Position numbers and translations under genes: made by a program. Shown here in pieces: positions 1 through 9,969 of a stretch of 64,000 bases of DNA. The notes below the pieces were generated by a model. It was not told the origin of the DNA and did no database searches. It worked only from the letters and a program-made list of their open reading frames with translations. Source of the DNA: an uncultured virus (IMG/VR IMGVR_UViG_2049941000_000050). Taxonomy: Duplodnaviria; Heunggongvirae; Uroviricota; Caudoviricetes. The stretch lies in the IMG/VR virus record IMGVR_UViG_2049941000_000050. One strand, given 5' to 3'. The number at the start of each line of letters is the position of its first letter. Within the stretch, counting starts at the first letter, position 1.

Positions 1-1
1 G

Positions 2-625
2 TATGACCCCGAGCTTCTGGACGAGTTCCCATCGTTCGTGAAGAAGGACACCGTCCAGCACAACATATACGCGGCGGTGAAGGGGAGCAACGACGACCAC
101 ATCATGGCGATGATTTGGATGTGCTGGATTCTTAACCCGGCGAATGTCGAGAACTACTACAAGGTCACGGGGACCTTCACCGCCGGGACCAACCAGCTGT
201 TCGCGAAAGGTCTGAAACCGCTTTTCCCGTACACCCCGTCGGAAATAGAAAACGCGCTGTCGAACAGCGTCGTGAATGATTTCCAGATATATAGGGAGAG
301 GAACGAGTCTCTGTGCGACGGGAAAAAGCCGGTGGGAAGCGGCGGAAAGAGCCAGACCGGGAAAAGGTTCCAGGAAAAAGTCGTCCTCTCCGAGAGAGAG
401 CTAATCGATATGATGCGGAGGAAAACAGCCGACGGAGACGACGGCGGGTATTCGCTCCAGGGGGGAGGAGGTTCCGGGGGGTTCTATTTCGCCTCGACCG
501 GAAACGACATCGACTACAGAAACGGTTTCGACCCGGACAAACTAAACGTCATCTGGGAGGACGAGTTCTTCACCGGGGAAGAACCCGAGAGCGACAATAT
601 TTTCGGAATCTTCGATTACGAGTGA
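2..625 (+). CDS. Terminase large subunit, C-terminal part (T4 gp17-like), 5'-truncated by window edge
   Basis: Frame open from nt 2: YDPELLDEFPSFVKK...YAAVKGSNDDHIMAMIWMCW resembles the gp17 nuclease end (WAAEEGYHDDLVMSLVIFGW); TGA stop. Confidence 0.85.
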   Translation, partial: YDPELLDEFPSFVKKDTVQHNIYAAVKGSNDDHIMAMIWMCWILNPANVENYYKVTGTFTAGTNQLFAKGLKPLFPYTPSEIENALSNSVVNDFQIYRERNESLCDGKKPVGSGGKSQTGKRFQEKVVLSERELIDMMRRKTADGDDGGYSLQGGGGSGGFYFASTGNDIDYRNGFDPDKLNVIWEDEFFTGEEPESDNIFGIFDYE

Positions 626-661
626 AACACGCGAGCTTTCCCACTCGTTTCTATAAAAACC

Positions 662-697
662 AAAACCGCGTCGGTTTCCCGACGCGGTTTTTTTTTG
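662..697. terminator. Bidirectional intrinsic terminator
   Basis: AAAACCGCGTCGG-TTTC-CCGACGCGGTTTTTTTTT between convergent genes. Confidence 0.85.
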
Positions 698-716
698 GAA
701 ATGATTTTGACCGAAA

Positions 717-1256
717 TCAAACCTGGTACGCGAGGTCCAGAATGACCTCAAACTCCTCATTGGTGTACATTTTCATAAAGCGGTCGTAAGCCTTCTTGCA
801 CGCTTTGTACGCGGTGTTAGCCCTCTTGTCGTCGGTGTACCCGAATTCCGCCTTGAAATCCCCCGGTGACATGTCCGGGTAGTTGAAGAATATCCCGGCG
901 TCCATAATTCCCATCGCGAAAGCTACTTCCTTGTCGGTCGGCGTTCCGTCTTGTGTGTTTTTGACCGAATCCCAGAAAACGAAATTCGTCTTCCCCTTCG
1001 GGTTGCTGACGAAAACCCTGTACTTGTTGTGATAGTCCCTCGTGTTGAAAATCGGGGAAATCTCGCACCCCATCTTTTTCATCGTCACCGTGGTGTTTGT
1101 CTTTTTCAGGAAATCGTCGATTGAGGAGGCTTCGAACGTCCCGTCGGAAACTTCTTCCTCTTCTTCTCCGGTCTGTCCGGACATTCCGGTCTCGTCATTC
1201 TCAAGCTCTTCCAAAACGAGCTCCCTTATGCTTTTCTTCGTTTTCTTAATTGTCAT
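717..1256 (-). CDS. Hypothetical protein, acidic N-terminus (possible head protein)
   Basis: 179-aa ORF, start overlaps upstream stop; N-terminal LVLEELE. Confidence 0.7.
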   Translation of the reverse strand: MTIKKTKKSIRELVLEELENDETGMSGQTGEEEEEVSDGTFEASSIDDFLKKTNTTVTMKKMGCEISPIFNTRDYHNKYRVFVSNPKGKTNFVFWDSVKNTQDGTPTDKEVAFAMGIMDAGIFFNYPDMSPGDFKAEFGYTDDKRANTAYKACKKAYDRFMKMYTNEEFEVILDLAYQV

Positions 1257-2056
1257 TTTCCTTCTCCGTTGTCAATGTAGAAATTTGAATACGCGAGCAC
1301 CACCGAGTGGTGCACCTCCTCCGCGCTCGCGGACTCGAGACTCAGTTCCTGGAAGCTCTTTATCCAGCAGTTCTGAAACACAAAGTCTATTATGCGGTTT
1401 TTAAACGAGTCGATGAGCCAGACCCTACAATCGACGAAATCCTTTATCGCTATCGTCTCCACGTTCGAGGTGTCGGCTATCTGGTTAATCTGCCCCTCCG
1501 TCGCCGAACACCAGGTGTAAAGCGACCTGTAGTTCATCCACTTTTCGTCGACGATGTACTCTATGACTATCTCTTTCGTTTCCGCGTCCATGACGTGCGT
1601 CGGAAACTCGAACGAGTAACCTTTGAACGAGGTTGTCGTCGAACCCATAACTATCTGCGGAACCGAAAACCTGGTAAGGTTCAGCTCGAGGTTGTTGTAC
1701 CTTTTCCCAAGAACGTTCATCAGCGGGAAATATCCGACCCATTTGTTGACGTGGGAATAGTTGGTGTTCAGCCCCTACATCCTCGCCAGTTCGGACAAGT
1801 ATCCGGTTTCTCCGTCCCGCCTGTTTCCGCCGTTTCCGTTCGGATAATCCGACCCGCCGCCGTTCAGTCTCTCGATTGCCTGAAGAATCGGGTCGGTGGT
1901 GTTCGGAATTGTCGAATATCTGATTCTTCTGAATCCCGAACCGGCGGTTCTGTCTGGTTTTGTGTTGGGAATATACTCCCGACCGTTCAGATTCTGGACG
2001 TAATTTGGCTGAGGAACGTGCCTCGTGTTAGGAATTTCGCGGAAATTGTCTCCCAT
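1253..2056 (-). CDS. Tail tube terminator/sheath stabiliser, T4 gp3-like (1 in-frame TAG at 1777)
   Basis: ORFs 1775..2056 and 1253..1720 join in frame via TAG (LARM-*-GLNTNYSHVNKW); IEYIVDEKWMNYRSLYTW resembles gp3 VRFIVDEELKSWIGMYEW; GTAAATA upstream. Confidence 0.75.
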
Positions 2057-2072
2057 TGGGAAATATTTACCG

Positions 2073-2604
2073 TTAAGACCGGGGTTCCTCGACGAGTCTG
2101 GACAGCTTGAAGAATTTTCCGCTCTCGAGCGCGGAAAGCATCCTTTTCTGTCTCTCAGTCATGTTTCTCGCGAGCTCCGCGTCCTTCTTCTTGCAGGTTT
2201 CCTGGAACCTTATGTCGTCCGGACCGAATCCCATCGAAGACTCCCCGGGATGGTTTATGTCGAACGGGACCTGGTTGTTCCAGCTCCGTCCGCCGCCCGT
2301 TGTGATTTTTCCCCAACGGTACCCAGACCACTCTCCCGGGCTAGGGCCGCCGAAAGAGATTCCCGCCGGGTTTCCCATCGGAACGTTCTGGCAAGGAACC
2401 TAGAGGCTGTCGGCGAAACCGTAATCGGAAAAACACCCCGCGTTCGGAACCNNNNNNNNNNNNNNNNNNNNNNNNNNNNNNNNNNNNNNNNNNNNNNNNN
2501 NNNNNNNNNNNNNNNNNNNNNNNNNNNNNGAAATTCGCCCCGCTCTGTAAATTGTGCCCGGTTCTGTTCAGCGGGTTCGCGAAACCGCGGGTCTGGTAGT
2601 CCAT
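2073..2604 (-). CDS. Hypothetical protein spanning N-gap (in-frame TAG at 2402)
   Basis: Frame of 2073..2378 extends upstream through TAG (FADSL-*-VPCQNVPM); probable start overlaps upstream TAA. Confidence 0.55.
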
Positions 2605-3143
2605 TATCTCTTTCCCCACAACAAATAGGACATTATTTCCTCTTTCTCGGTTTCCGTCAGACCAGTTTCCGGGTTAACGAGCCAGAAACTTTCTTTGAGG
2701 ACCGGGTCGTTTTGGAACCCCTCATTCTTATTGTCCTCCAAAATGGCGTACCTTCCGACAAACCAGTTTTTGTTCGTCTTCAGCCATCGCTTGACCGAGT
2801 CGACCTTATCATAGATAAACTCACCCTTCGGGGTTCGGACCGGTTTCTCGAACGGTGCCGTCCCGAAAACGCTTTCGCCGAACGACTCCATCATCTTCAG
2901 AATCGGGTTCCCGTACCTTTTCCCGTTGTGGACGACACCCCCGTAAAGGGGGAACTTTCTCCAGGTGCTCGTTATGACGATTTTCGCGTTGCACGACGCG
3001 CAAATCTCCCTGATTCTCCTGACTATGTTTTTGTCCGGACCGTATTTCTCGGGAGGATTCGTGTCCATGCTCCCGTTTTTATAAGAATTGCAAACCCCGT
3101 CAAAGTCTAGGAAAACAATGTTTTCGAAGGATTTGTCAGTCAT
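2604..3143 (-). CDS. HAD-superfamily protein (Swiss-Army-knife RNA-repair-like HAD)
   Basis: IVFLDFDGV, IVITSTWR, YAILED motifs. Confidence 0.8.
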   Translation of the reverse strand: MTDKSFENIVFLDFDGVCNSYKNGSMDTNPPEKYGPDKNIVRRIREICASCNAKIVITSTWRKFPLYGGVVHNGKRYGNPILKMMESFGESVFGTAPFEKPVRTPKGEFIYDKVDSVKRWLKTNKNWFVGRYAILEDNKNEGFQNDPVLKESFWLVNPETGLTETEKEEIMSYLLWGKR

Positions 3144-3567
3144 CGTCATCGTTGTCGGGTACAATTTCATAGGATTTCGTAAAATTATAGTGCTGTTTTG
3201 AATATGTCGAAAGACACTCAAGCATAAAGTTCCCCTGAGATTTGGTGAACGGTTTCTTGAAGTGCTTTATCTGCTGTTCCATCGCCAGAACCCACGCCAT
3301 CGTCTCCTCTCGGAAAATCGGCATGTCGCCCTGCCTTTTCGGCTTTCTTTTTGAGAGCATGCAGTGTCCGAGCTCATGAAAGAATATCGCCAGCATAATC
3401 AGGTTCGACGTGTACCTCTGCCCGAGATGGATTTCGTCGTTTCCGTACGAAATCCCGTTGTTCTCAGGAACGGAGGCGTCGTTGAGAATCAGTTTTATCT
3501 TGTGGGCTTTACAGATTCTCGTTATTTTCGTGATGATGTCGTCGTAACTGAATGATGTCCTGGCCAC
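3136..3567 (-). CDS. HExxH Zn-metallopeptidase-like protein (ImmA/IrrE-like)
   Basis: IFFHELGH...EETMAW. Confidence 0.65.
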   Translation of the reverse strand: MARTSFSYDDIITKITRICKAHKIKLILNDASVPENNGISYGNDEIHLGQRYTSNLIMLAIFFHELGHCMLSKRKPKRQGDMPIFREETMAWVLAMEQQIKHFKKPFTKSQGNFMLECLSTYSKQHYNFTKSYEIVPDNDDDD

Positions 3568-3587
3568 GACGATATTTACGGGGTGGG

Positions 3588-4208
3588 TTACCAGGAATAA
3601 GCGAGCAAAACCAGCTCATCTCTGTCGTCCGCCTCGAGATACGCGGACATGACGGTTCTCAGGCATTCGATTATATAAGAGCGGTCTTCGTCTCCGTAAT
3701 CGCAGTCGTCGCCGTTTTTCGGGGGGAACCTGTACCGGAAATAGTTTTCGGAAAGCTCGCCGAGCGGCTCGATGAAATCGTTCTTCATTATCCGCTCGAT
3801 TTCCGGGTCGTAGTGTCCCAGAAGAACGTAATCAGCCGCGACGCGTATTTTCTCCGCCAGATTTTCGTCGATGACTATCTGCGAGGTGGAGTCGTCGTAA
3901 TTTCTCAGTCCGTAATTGTCCGAGAGGTGGTCCCTAATCGGGGAAAACAGGCTGTTGAACGTGTACTCCAAAAGAGAATCGTACGCGTGGTCGGTTCGGC
4001 TCTCGACGTAATCGTACCCGAAATCATCTTTCTTATCCCCGTCCGACATGTAGAAAATGTTCTCCAAGTCGTAAAACTTCGGCGGCTTTCTTTCCTCGCC
4101 GGTCAAACTCTTGCTCTTTTTGTATTCATTTCTTATTTTTTCCAATTCCGCCTCTGTCGGAACGGCTCTGGACTTCCTCATAATAATGAACGTTGTTCCG
4201 CTACTCAT
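3588..4208 (-). CDS. Hypothetical protein
   Basis: ~206-aa ORF, ATGA overlap with infC stop. Confidence 0.7.
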   Translation of the reverse strand: MSSGTTFIIMRKSRAVPTEAELEKIRNEYKKSKSLTGEERKPPKFYDLENIFYMSDGDKKDDFGYDYVESRTDHAYDSLLEYTFNSLFSPIRDHLSDNYGLRNYDDSTSQIVIDENLAEKIRVAADYVLLGHYDPEIERIMKNDFIEPLGELSENYFRYRFPPKNGDDCDYGDEDRSYIIECLRTVMSAYLEADDRDELVLLAYSW

Positions 4209-4774
4209 TGTTTCCTCTTTCTCACCACACACGAAAAAATGTTTCCGGCGAAGGACGGGAGCTGGTCGATGTCGATTGCGCCTTCCAGTTCCGACAGAAT
4301 GCTACGCATCGTGTCCTTCGCGAAATCCTTCCTCTGCATCTCGCGGCGGATAAGGCGGATGGAAATCTTCACCTTGTCGCCGTCGTCGAGAATTTCCCTG
4401 ATTTTGGAAATCTTTGTGTTCTTGTCCCCGTCGTCTATCCGAATCGAGAACTTTATTTCTTTAAGCTCAGAAACCGATTCCCTCTGCTTCCGCCTGAGGT
4501 CCTTCTCCCGCTTTTTCTGCTCGTACTTGAATTTCGAGAAATCGGTAATCTTGCATACCGAGCGGGGGTAATCGTTCTTGTTGTACGCCACCTGGACCAG
4601 ATTCATCCCCTTGGTTTTCGCGAGAAGGATGGCGTCGTCCCTCTCCATGACGGATATCTTACCGTCGTCCCCGACAAGCTTAACCTTGCCGTTGAAAATC
4701 CCGTAGTCGTAATACGTGACGGGCTTCTTCCCGTCCCTCTGGTTTCTGTCGCGCTCCGCGCCTTTTTTGTCCAT
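4205..4774 (-). CDS. infC: Translation initiation factor IF-3
   Basis: VKLVGDDGK...GMNLVQVA...VCKITDFSKFKYEQKKREK...LKEIKFSIRIDDGD...GDKVKISIR: both IF3 domains and linker. Confidence 0.92.
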   Translation of the reverse strand: MDKKGAERDRNQRDGKKPVTYYDYGIFNGKVKLVGDDGKISVMERDDAILLAKTKGMNLVQVAYNKNDYPRSVCKITDFSKFKYEQKKREKDLRRKQRESVSELKEIKFSIRIDDGDKNTKISKIREILDDGDKVKISIRLIRREMQRKDFAKDTMRSILSELEGAIDIDQLPSFAGNIFSCVVRKRKQ

Positions 4775-4792
4775 GTTTCCTTGTCGTTGGTG

Positions 4793-5788
4793 TTAGAAAA
4801 AAATCCCGTAGTCGTGTATCGCCTTATAATAGGCGTCGAGCTTCCTGTCCCATTCCGAGCTGTCCCATTCCTCGTATGTCAGCTCCCAGGTGTTGGTGTC
4901 GACGAAACAGTTCGGGGTCCACCTGTTTCTCCAGTCGTCCGGTTTGAGACCTTTTTTGTACTGGATGAAATCCCTCTGGCAGTACCCCAGTGGGTTCAGT
5001 ACATAAAGTGTGTCCCCTATCTTGAAATTTGTCCGGTGGTGGATATGCCCGGAAAGAATAAGCCTCACGTTCGGGTGGTCCTCAATCCACTTTTCCCGGT
5101 CGGTGACGTAAGACGCGTTCAGCGCGTCCGAAACGTAATCCTCGCTTATGCATCTCGGAGAGAGACAGTGGTGGGTCATCAGCACGATTTGCTTGTCCGG
5201 GTTATTCTCTATGATTTCCGAGACCTTCTCCCACGCGGAAAGGTTGTGCTCCAGATAGTATTTCGGTCTGAGAAACCAGAGCCCGTCCGGAAGCTTGTCA
5301 CTGCCGTTTTTCTCGTACATCTTCTTTTTGGTAACCCCCCAGACGAAATCGTTCATATACGAACGGCTCGTGTCCGGAGAGCACATCCGCATGTTCTCGT
5401 CGCGGTTTCCGTCGTTGTTGTATCCGCGAACCGGAAGGGTATAGTCGGTGTACATCACGTCCGAGACCAGAATAACGTTGTCGCAGATTTCCTTGCTCAT
5501 CACGCCAACTTCGTAATCGAAAAACGTCACGTCCGAGTTTTCCGGAAATTTTTTGTGAAGCTCCTCTTTCAGCTCCTCGATTGGAGTCTTCCTGTCGTTA
5601 TAGACAATGTGGTTTCCGGCACAGAACGCGCCTCTCCTGACATTACCTTTCAACCATTCTGCCGTCTTTTCCGGGTCTCCGGAAATATCCCCGGCGATTA
5701 ACGTGTAAACGTCGTCGCTGTTCTCCAGTTTCAGCGGAAAACTCTCGTTTATGTCCAGATGAAGGTCAGAAATCAGTCTAAGTCTCAT
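4793..5788 (-). CDS. Calcineurin-like metallophosphoesterase
   Basis: SDLH, AGD, GNH, THH, GHIH motifs. Confidence 0.88.
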   Translation of the reverse strand: MRLRLISDLHLDINESFPLKLENSDDVYTLIAGDISGDPEKTAEWLKGNVRRGAFCAGNHIVYNDRKTPIEELKEELHKKFPENSDVTFFDYEVGVMSKEICDNVILVSDVMYTDYTLPVRGYNNDGNRDENMRMCSPDTSRSYMNDFVWGVTKKKMYEKNGSDKLPDGLWFLRPKYYLEHNLSAWEKVSEIIENNPDKQIVLMTHHCLSPRCISEDYVSDALNASYVTDREKWIEDHPNVRLILSGHIHHRTNFKIGDTLYVLNPLGYCQRDFIQYKKGLKPDDWRNRWTPNCFVDTNTWELTYEEWDSSEWDRKLDAYYKAIHDYGIFF

Positions 5789-5815
5789 ACTCTGTTATAT
5801 TATACTGGAAAATTT

Positions 5816-6352
5816 TCAGGACAGTGCGTTCGTCAGCGTTCTTATTTCGGAATGCGCGGCTTCGATTTTTTTGAACACGCCGTTTTTAAAGCTGTCGCTG
5901 TTTTTCGCGACGGTTTTGAAAATTCCGTAAACGCATTCCTCGAAATCCGCGTGGTTCCGGTCGCCGAACATAAATTTCCTGGTGTTCCCAAGATAATACA
6001 AAATGACAAAGGACGGTCGGTGCAGAGCCACCGCCTTTATTATCGGAATATAGTCAAAACGGGAAAAACACCACTTGTTTGGAACGGTCATATCTGTTCC
6101 TTGGAGCTTTATCATCGAGTTGATGTTTTCATCTTTCACGCATTCGACCATAATTCCGCGCTCAAGACAGCTTGTGAGCATTTTGTACACCCCAACTTCC
6201 GTTATCCTTTCAAACATAACGGAAAAAAGTTCGGGACCGAAACTGTGCCCGACAAGAAGAACCCTCATCTCGAATTCCGGAAACGAGGATATTCTTCCGT
6301 CGGACACATTGTCTACCAACTCTTTTAAATCAATCGCCGTAACGTCGGGCAT
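5816..6352 (-). CDS. Hypothetical protein
   Basis: 178-aa ORF overlapping the VWA gene stop. Confidence 0.6.
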   Translation of the reverse strand: MPDVTAIDLKELVDNVSDGRISSFPEFEMRVLLVGHSFGPELFSVMFERITEVGVYKMLTSCLERGIMVECVKDENINSMIKLQGTDMTVPNKWCFSRFDYIPIIKAVALHRPSFVILYYLGNTRKFMFGDRNHADFEECVYGIFKTVAKNSDSFKNGVFKKIEAAHSEIRTLTNALS

Positions 6353-7730
6353 TGAACTTGATTTTCTTTCCCCAGTCGCAGAGGTTTTCGTTGCCGTCGG
6401 CGGTCAGGATGAACAGCGTCGGGACGTTCAGGGGGTTGCCCTTCGGGCAGAGGATTTCCCCGTCGGTGAACACTATCACGCACGAGGGCTCCATCCCTCT
6501 TTTGTAAATTTCCTCGAACGCCGGGTTCAGGTCGCTTCCGCCGCCGCCCCTGAAGTCGTACGACGCCGGGTCGTCGACCGGGAACGGGTTCGAGTCGTCG
6601 AACGTTTCCACGGACTGGACCTGGCAGTCGCAGTTGATTACGCTCAGCTCGTAGCGTCCGAACGTGTTCAGCAGGGAGACCAGTTCGGACATGAACTTCG
6701 GGAGGTCCCCGGCGGTGGAGCCGCTGGTGTCCACGACACACGCCACGCCGAGCTTCTCGCCGCGCCTGGACTGGGCGTAGGTCCCGCTGTACACGCCGCG
6801 CCGCGCCGGGGGAATCCACATCCGCCTGTCCCCTGTGCAGGAGGTGACGAACTGCGAGAGGAGCTCCTCCCACCTGATTTCCGGCTCGCAGACGGAGTCG
6901 ATTGCCATCTTGATGTGCCCCGGGACGGTGCCACGGGTGCGCTCGTACTGCTGGACCTCGGAGATGACCATCTCCCTGATTTTGTCGGCGATGTCCCCGG
7001 CGATTTCGGCCTTGAAGTCGTCGTCGAACCCCTTCTCACCCCACCTGTCCGAGATTGATTCGGCATTTTCCGGGTTTTTCCCGCAGTCGCCGCCGTCTAG
7101 CCCGGACTTGTCGAGGTGCTTGTCGAACTGCCCGCCGATTCCCCCGTCCCGCGCCCCGCCGTTGCCGTTGCCGCTTCCGTTGAACACCATGCCGCTCCGT
7201 TCCCTCTTCGGGGCTTTGGCGAGCTTGTCGTAGATGTCCTCCGCGCAAAGCCCCTCGAGCTCCCGGGGCGGGTAGCAACAGTCCTTCGGCACCGAGAAGC
7301 CCTCCTGCTTCAGGGCGTAGTTGATTTCGCAGTCCGTGGCGAGGTTCCACACTTCCGGGTTTCGGTTGCCCCGGCGCAGGAAGTGCATGAGCGCGACGTG
7401 CCACACCTCGTGGGCGAGGACGAAGACCCGCTCCTTCCGGCAGAGCCCGGCGTAGAAGTCGATGTCGAAGAAAATCCTCGAGCCGTCCGTGCACGCCGTC
7501 GCCAGCCTGCAATCCCTGACGGGGATTACCGGGATGCGGAGAATCAGCCCGCTCGTGAACACCTGCCTCGACACCAGCTGTTGGATGTCGATTTCGAGCG
7601 ACTTGAGCATCTTCCCCTTCAGGACTCCGAGGTCTCCCTCCCTGAGGGTGGTCCTCTCCTTCCCCTCGAGGACCCTCCCGACGTACTCGCCGAACTTCTT
7701 CGAATCGCGCCCGTTTCCCTTGCCGTCCAT
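6330..7730 (-). CDS. DUF2201-type metallopeptidase + VWA domain protein
   Basis: TACTDG, FVLAHEVWH, WNLATDCEIN; MIDAS VDTSGS, GGGGSD, VFTDG. Confidence 0.88.
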   Translation of the reverse strand: MDGKGNGRDSKKFGEYVGRVLEGKERTTLREGDLGVLKGKMLKSLEIDIQQLVSRQVFTSGLILRIPVIPVRDCRLATACTDGSRIFFDIDFYAGLCRKERVFVLAHEVWHVALMHFLRRGNRNPEVWNLATDCEINYALKQEGFSVPKDCCYPPRELEGLCAEDIYDKLAKAPKRERSGMVFNGSGNGNGGARDGGIGGQFDKHLDKSGLDGGDCGKNPENAESISDRWGEKGFDDDFKAEIAGDIADKIREMVISEVQQYERTRGTVPGHIKMAIDSVCEPEIRWEELLSQFVTSCTGDRRMWIPPARRGVYSGTYAQSRRGEKLGVACVVDTSGSTAGDLPKFMSELVSLLNTFGRYELSVINCDCQVQSVETFDDSNPFPVDDPASYDFRGGGGSDLNPAFEEIYKRGMEPSCVIVFTDGEILCPKGNPLNVPTLFILTADGNENLCDWGKKIKFNARRYGD

Positions 7731-7733
7731 GCC

Positions 7734-8930
7734 TCACTCCTTCCCGTCCGTGTCCACGTCGACGTCGATTTCCCTGTGGATGTTGTCGCGGTGGGTCTTG
7801 ATGAAACTGCGGAACCCCGCCGAGCCGGACAGGATTTCGCAGGCCCTCGCCTTGGTCACGCCGCACCCGCCCGCCGCCGCGCCGAGGCACCCCATCGACG
7901 CGAACTCCGGGGTGAGCCGCTCGAGGACGCGGAAGAACCCGTCCACGCGCCGCCTCGTCTCCTCCGCCGACCCGCCCCTCCACACGTGGTAAATCAGCGC
8001 GGTCGTCAGCGCGTACTTCCTGCTCATGTCGAGCTTGGCGAGGCTCCCGTAAGCCTTCTCGATGTCGAGCGACGGGTCGAGCATGTACTTGAGCACGTCC
8101 TCGAAGCTCTCGCTGAGCTTGAAGAACTCCATGAACTCCACCCCCGCCGCGTTTCCGACCAGCCCGTAGACCGCCTTCCGCAGGACCGCCTCGTTCTTGG
8201 CGAACACGTAGCACATCTTCGACACGTTCTCCCACGAGCGCGGAGACGGCCACCCCCGCTCGAGGTTCTGCTTGTCCATCGAGAACAGGCTGTCCGGGCG
8301 GTACTTGACGAACCCCAGCACGGCGGGGTGAATCCCGTTCCGGACCCCCCACTTGAACCAGTCCTCCGCGTTGCAGTCGAGCTCGAAGTGCATGAAGCGG
8401 TTCGCCAGTGCCGAGCTCATGGTGCTGGAGACGGCGCGGTCGGTGGCCTTGTTCCCCGCCGCCACGACCAGCCACCCCTCCGGGAGCGAGTAGAGCGTCC
8501 CCAGTCGGCGGTCGAGGATTAGCTCGTACGCCGCTACCGCGATGGACTTGTCGCACGCGCTCAGCTCGTCGAGGAAGAGAATCCCCTTGGACTCCTTGTC
8601 CCTCGGCCACACCCCGTTCACGAACCAGTTCATGACCTTGTTCTCCTTGTCCGGCACGGGGAGCCCCCTTATGTCGCACGGCTCAATCTGGCAGAGCCGG
8701 ACGTCGATGAACCCGATTCCCAGGTCCTCCGCGCATTTCCGGACGACGGACGATTTCGCGATTCCGGGGCTCCCCCACACCATAATCGGCATGGACTTGA
8801 TTTTGGACCTTGTCGCCTCCTTGTTCATCGTCTTCGGGTCGTGGAACGATTTGAAGACGGTTTTGATGATTCCCTCGAGCCCCGTGGGGCTGACTTTGTT
8901 GTGCAAATCGATTTTTGCGTTGTTTGCCAT
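7734..8930 (-). CDS. MoxR-like AAA+ ATPase (partner of VWA protein)
   Basis: GSPGIAKS Walker A, ILFLDE Walker B, VAAGN, ALANRF, SPRSW. Confidence 0.88.
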   Translation of the reverse strand: MANNAKIDLHNKVSPTGLEGIIKTVFKSFHDPKTMNKEATRSKIKSMPIMVWGSPGIAKSSVVRKCAEDLGIGFIDVRLCQIEPCDIRGLPVPDKENKVMNWFVNGVWPRDKESKGILFLDELSACDKSIAVAAYELILDRRLGTLYSLPEGWLVVAAGNKATDRAVSSTMSSALANRFMHFELDCNAEDWFKWGVRNGIHPAVLGFVKYRPDSLFSMDKQNLERGWPSPRSWENVSKMCYVFAKNEAVLRKAVYGLVGNAAGVEFMEFFKLSESFEDVLKYMLDPSLDIEKAYGSLAKLDMSRKYALTTALIYHVWRGGSAEETRRRVDGFFRVLERLTPEFASMGCLGAAAGGCGVTKARACEILSGSAGFRSFIKTHRDNIHREIDVDVDTDGKE

Positions 8931-8995
8931 AATTTGTTACTCCATTCTGTTGTCTTTTATGCGGAAAAACCCTTTCTTCCACAAAAACGAGACAG

Positions 8996-9024
8996 ACTTT
9001 ATCATAGTCCGTTTGTTTTGTCAA
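8996..9024 (-). promoter_or_regulatory. Host sigma70-type (early) promoter
   Basis: TTGACA-17 nt-TAAAGT upstream of the AAA/VWA operon. Confidence 0.75.
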
Positions 9025-9046
9025 CATTATCGTGGAGATTTTTTTC

Positions 9047-9084
9047 AAAAAAAAGAAGAACCCCTCCGACTGGAGGGGTTCTTC
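9047..9084 (-). terminator. Intrinsic terminator
   Basis: GAAGAACCCCTCC-loop-GGAGGGGTTCTTC with U-tract on minus strand. Confidence 0.85.
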
Positions 9085-9109
9085 GGTAGGTGTCGGTTTA
9101 TCCAACCTT

Positions 9110-9853
9110 TTAGTCTTCGAAGGTCAGATTAACGTAGGACGGCAGACCGAGCGTCTTGTTGGTCAAGCCGTTCTTTTCGGCTTTCTTCGACTTGGAGGAG
9201 TTATACTTCATGGTATAGGTGCCGTTAACCACGGTCTTGTCCCAAGTCTCGGAAAGTGAACACGCACAGTCGCAGATTGTGAGGGCCGCGCTCTGTGTGG
9301 TCTCGTCCGGAATCTCCGCGCACGGGCCGCAGGAACCGCGAACGGTCAGGTACGGGGCGTCCTTCCACCCAGTGACCTTGCCGTTGGAAATCGAGAGATA
9401 GTCGAATTCCGAGGAGTTCTTGGACTCGTGGTATTTGCCGAAACCGGCGAGCTGGAGATGGTACTGAAAACCCTGCTGGTCTTCAACGGTAAAGGTCACC
9501 AGGTGCTCGACAGTGTTCTCGTCCTTGCCGATGCGCTGGACGATTTCCGTCTTGTACGTGACGTTGGTCAACTGGACCTTGGAGGTAGCGTCCCAGAACA
9601 CGTACAAAAAATTGACGCATGTGGGGTCACCGGCGGCGGCGAGACAGCCGCACCCGGCGATAACGCCGTAAACCTTGATATTCTTCTTAGCCCTATAGAT
9701 ATAAGATTCTCCACAAGGAGTGGCGGTCTCACCGAGAGCCTTCGTCGAGGTAAGAGACATCTTAACATCGTAGACCTTGTACTGCGTCTCAGCAGTAAAA
9801 CCGTTACAGACGCAACCCAGTGCGACCATCAAACCTAGAATCATCTTTTTCAT
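9110..9853 (-). CDS. Cys-rich exported protein with signal peptide
   Basis: MKKMILGLMVALGCVCNGFTA signal-like N-terminus; multiple Cys clusters. Confidence 0.7.
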   Translation of the reverse strand: MKKMILGLMVALGCVCNGFTAETQYKVYDVKMSLTSTKALGETATPCGESYIYRAKKNIKVYGVIAGCGCLAAAGDPTCVNFLYVFWDATSKVQLTNVTYKTEIVQRIGKDENTVEHLVTFTVEDQQGFQYHLQLAGFGKYHESKNSSEFDYLSISNGKVTGWKDAPYLTVRGSCGPCAEIPDETTQSAALTICDCACSLSETWDKTVVNGTYTMKYNSSKSKKAEKNGLTNKTLGLPSYVNLTFED

Positions 9854-9969
9854 TATCGTTTTCCTTACTTTTCTGTTTTGTTCGTTCGAAACCAACACCC
9901 GTGGTTTTCAAAGGTCATATTATATCGAAAAAAATCGACACAACGGGAATTATTTACGGATTTTTTTTC

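Noticed and set aside
2452..2529. Apparent frameshift across N-run (other gaps near 29598, 43371, 51744)
   Set aside because: Scaffold gaps of estimated length; frame across them is uninformative
4193..8679. Long alternative-frame ORFs (e.g. 4193..5701+, 7036..8679-, 7116..8522+)
   Set aside because: Shadows of recognisable genes in GC-biased DNA, with no motifs
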